DNA of 64,000 nucleotides from Schmidtea polychroa. Taxonomy: Eukaryota. Numbering within the stretch: position 1 is the first letter of the stretch; every line of letters begins with the position of its first letter. A model generated the notes under the pieces. It was not told the origin of the DNA. It made no database searches and worked only from the letters and a program-made list of their open reading frames with translations. Position numbers and translations under genes: made by a program. The stretch is from assembly GCA_044892525.1 (NCBI GenBank), contig CM097885.1, forward strand, positions 8,434,001 to 8,498,000, read 5' to 3'. This document shows positions 62,681 to 64,000 of this stretch, in pieces.

Positions 62681-64000
62681 ATTGATTGTGATTATGTGTA
62701 GTTAATGTTTATTTAATTTTTGTAATAATTAAGTTATTTAGTATTAGATTTTCACACTTTTTATTTAATAAGTATTTTTACAATTTCTGATGGATTTAAT
62801 CATAATAAAGGTAAGATTTATTAATATTATTATTAATATTATTATCATATTAATAACTAAATATTTTGAAGATTTTCGAAATGTGTTTTTAATTCTTCAA
62901 ATTTTACGTATTGATTTTAGCACAAATTCTATCATAAAACATAAATTAACTAAAAAACGTACATTATTTTTTCTATGGAAAATTAAAAAATTATTCGAAA
63001 ACATCAGTAATTTCTTAATATTTAAAATGAGATTCTTATTAGCAAACTGCATTTTTGTATCATTTTTATATTTTTAAGTTAAAGACAATTCTTTTATTAT
63101 TGAAATATTAACAAGTATTTAATAGTTAATTAAACATACATGGCAATGATTTAATTATAAGATAACGCCAATCAAACATTCTTTTCACGATATATTTCGA
63201 CAGTTTTCCTGTCATCGCCAGCTGGGATATAATAACTATATAATTAAGGATTTTAAAAAAATTTATTAATTTTATAAATTAAATAAAAAAATTTTATTAA
63301 TTTATATAACCATAATAATGAATTTATAAGAATTCAAAATTGAATCAACTACGCTAAAATCATATAATTCCTTATTTAAATCTATTAATAATCTGAGATT
63401 CATTCAAAAACTTGTCTAAATAACTGCTGTCACCAGTTTACAACCAGATAAGCAAAAATCAAAAACGTAGAAATTATAATTTTTTATAAAAATGGGAACG
63501 CCAAATGAATTCCAAACTGATTTCTTGATCTTATTTTACACTAGAACAGTTTGCAGAAATAGAACTACTTGCACTAGTGTCCTTGAAAATCGCTTTGTGG
63601 ACTATATGACTCCATTTCCTGACGGTGTCTATAAGCACTTTGAAAATTACTCTTTTGAACTTCCAATTTCATTTGAATGCGATATTCGACTTTTGTCAAA
63701 GAATATTTATCAAAACTGTTAACAACATACGAATGTATTTAATCCCGATCTTAACCTCTGACAGATTGAAAATTTAATCGGAAGTTGATGTGTTGCGTTA
63801 TATTTACGGCTAGCCTCTTTCGTACACTAAGATACCCCTTATCCATTTTTTATTGGATATGGATCGATACATTTGCACATTTAATATCGATCTAATTGTT
63901 TTTAGACATTAATGAATCTAACTTTATTGCCTAAATTCTTATCCAATTCGTCCCAGAATGTCGATCGTTGTGGCACCTGTAAAATAAAACAATTACCATA

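Noticed and set aside
63400..64000. Possible further FAAH exon or another gene at the window end
   Set aside because: No amidase motifs, and stops occur in the frames examined.

Overview
This is very AT-rich eukaryotic DNA with (AAT)n microsatellites and 39-62 nt GT-AG introns. It is planarian/flatworm-like, which is an inference only. Transposons dominate the window. Host genes are a 5-exon DNAJC12-like J-domain gene (34926-35534, -) head-to-head with a FAAH-like amidase (from 35858, +), plus decayed BRF1-like and actin copies. The main feature is a fully bounded 13,638-bp Polinton/Maverick (adintovirus-like) element at 41851-55488, with AGTAGT...ACTACT termini, a 6-bp TSD CATAGC and ~1.8-kb inverted arms. 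It sits inside a Penelope RT, inside a 21.6-kb FAAH intron. It encodes a packaging ATPase, a chromodomain integrase, minor and major capsid proteins, core/membrane-lytic precursors and an adenain-like protease, but no recognisable protein-primed PolB. Three of its genes carry host-sized 41-46 nt spliceosomal introns, and its arms hold dozens of TCAAGGTCA (NR5A/ERR-type) sites and several TGA(C/G)TCA (AP-1) sites. A separate decayed Polinton pPolB fragment lies ~32 kb upstream. Also present are an intact-looking Buster-type hAT, a defective Tip100/ZMYM-like hAT, a hAT MITE, and pogo, Merlin, Gypsy, solo LTR and Penelope relics. All calls come from reading the sequence and recalling family motifs; no searches were run.
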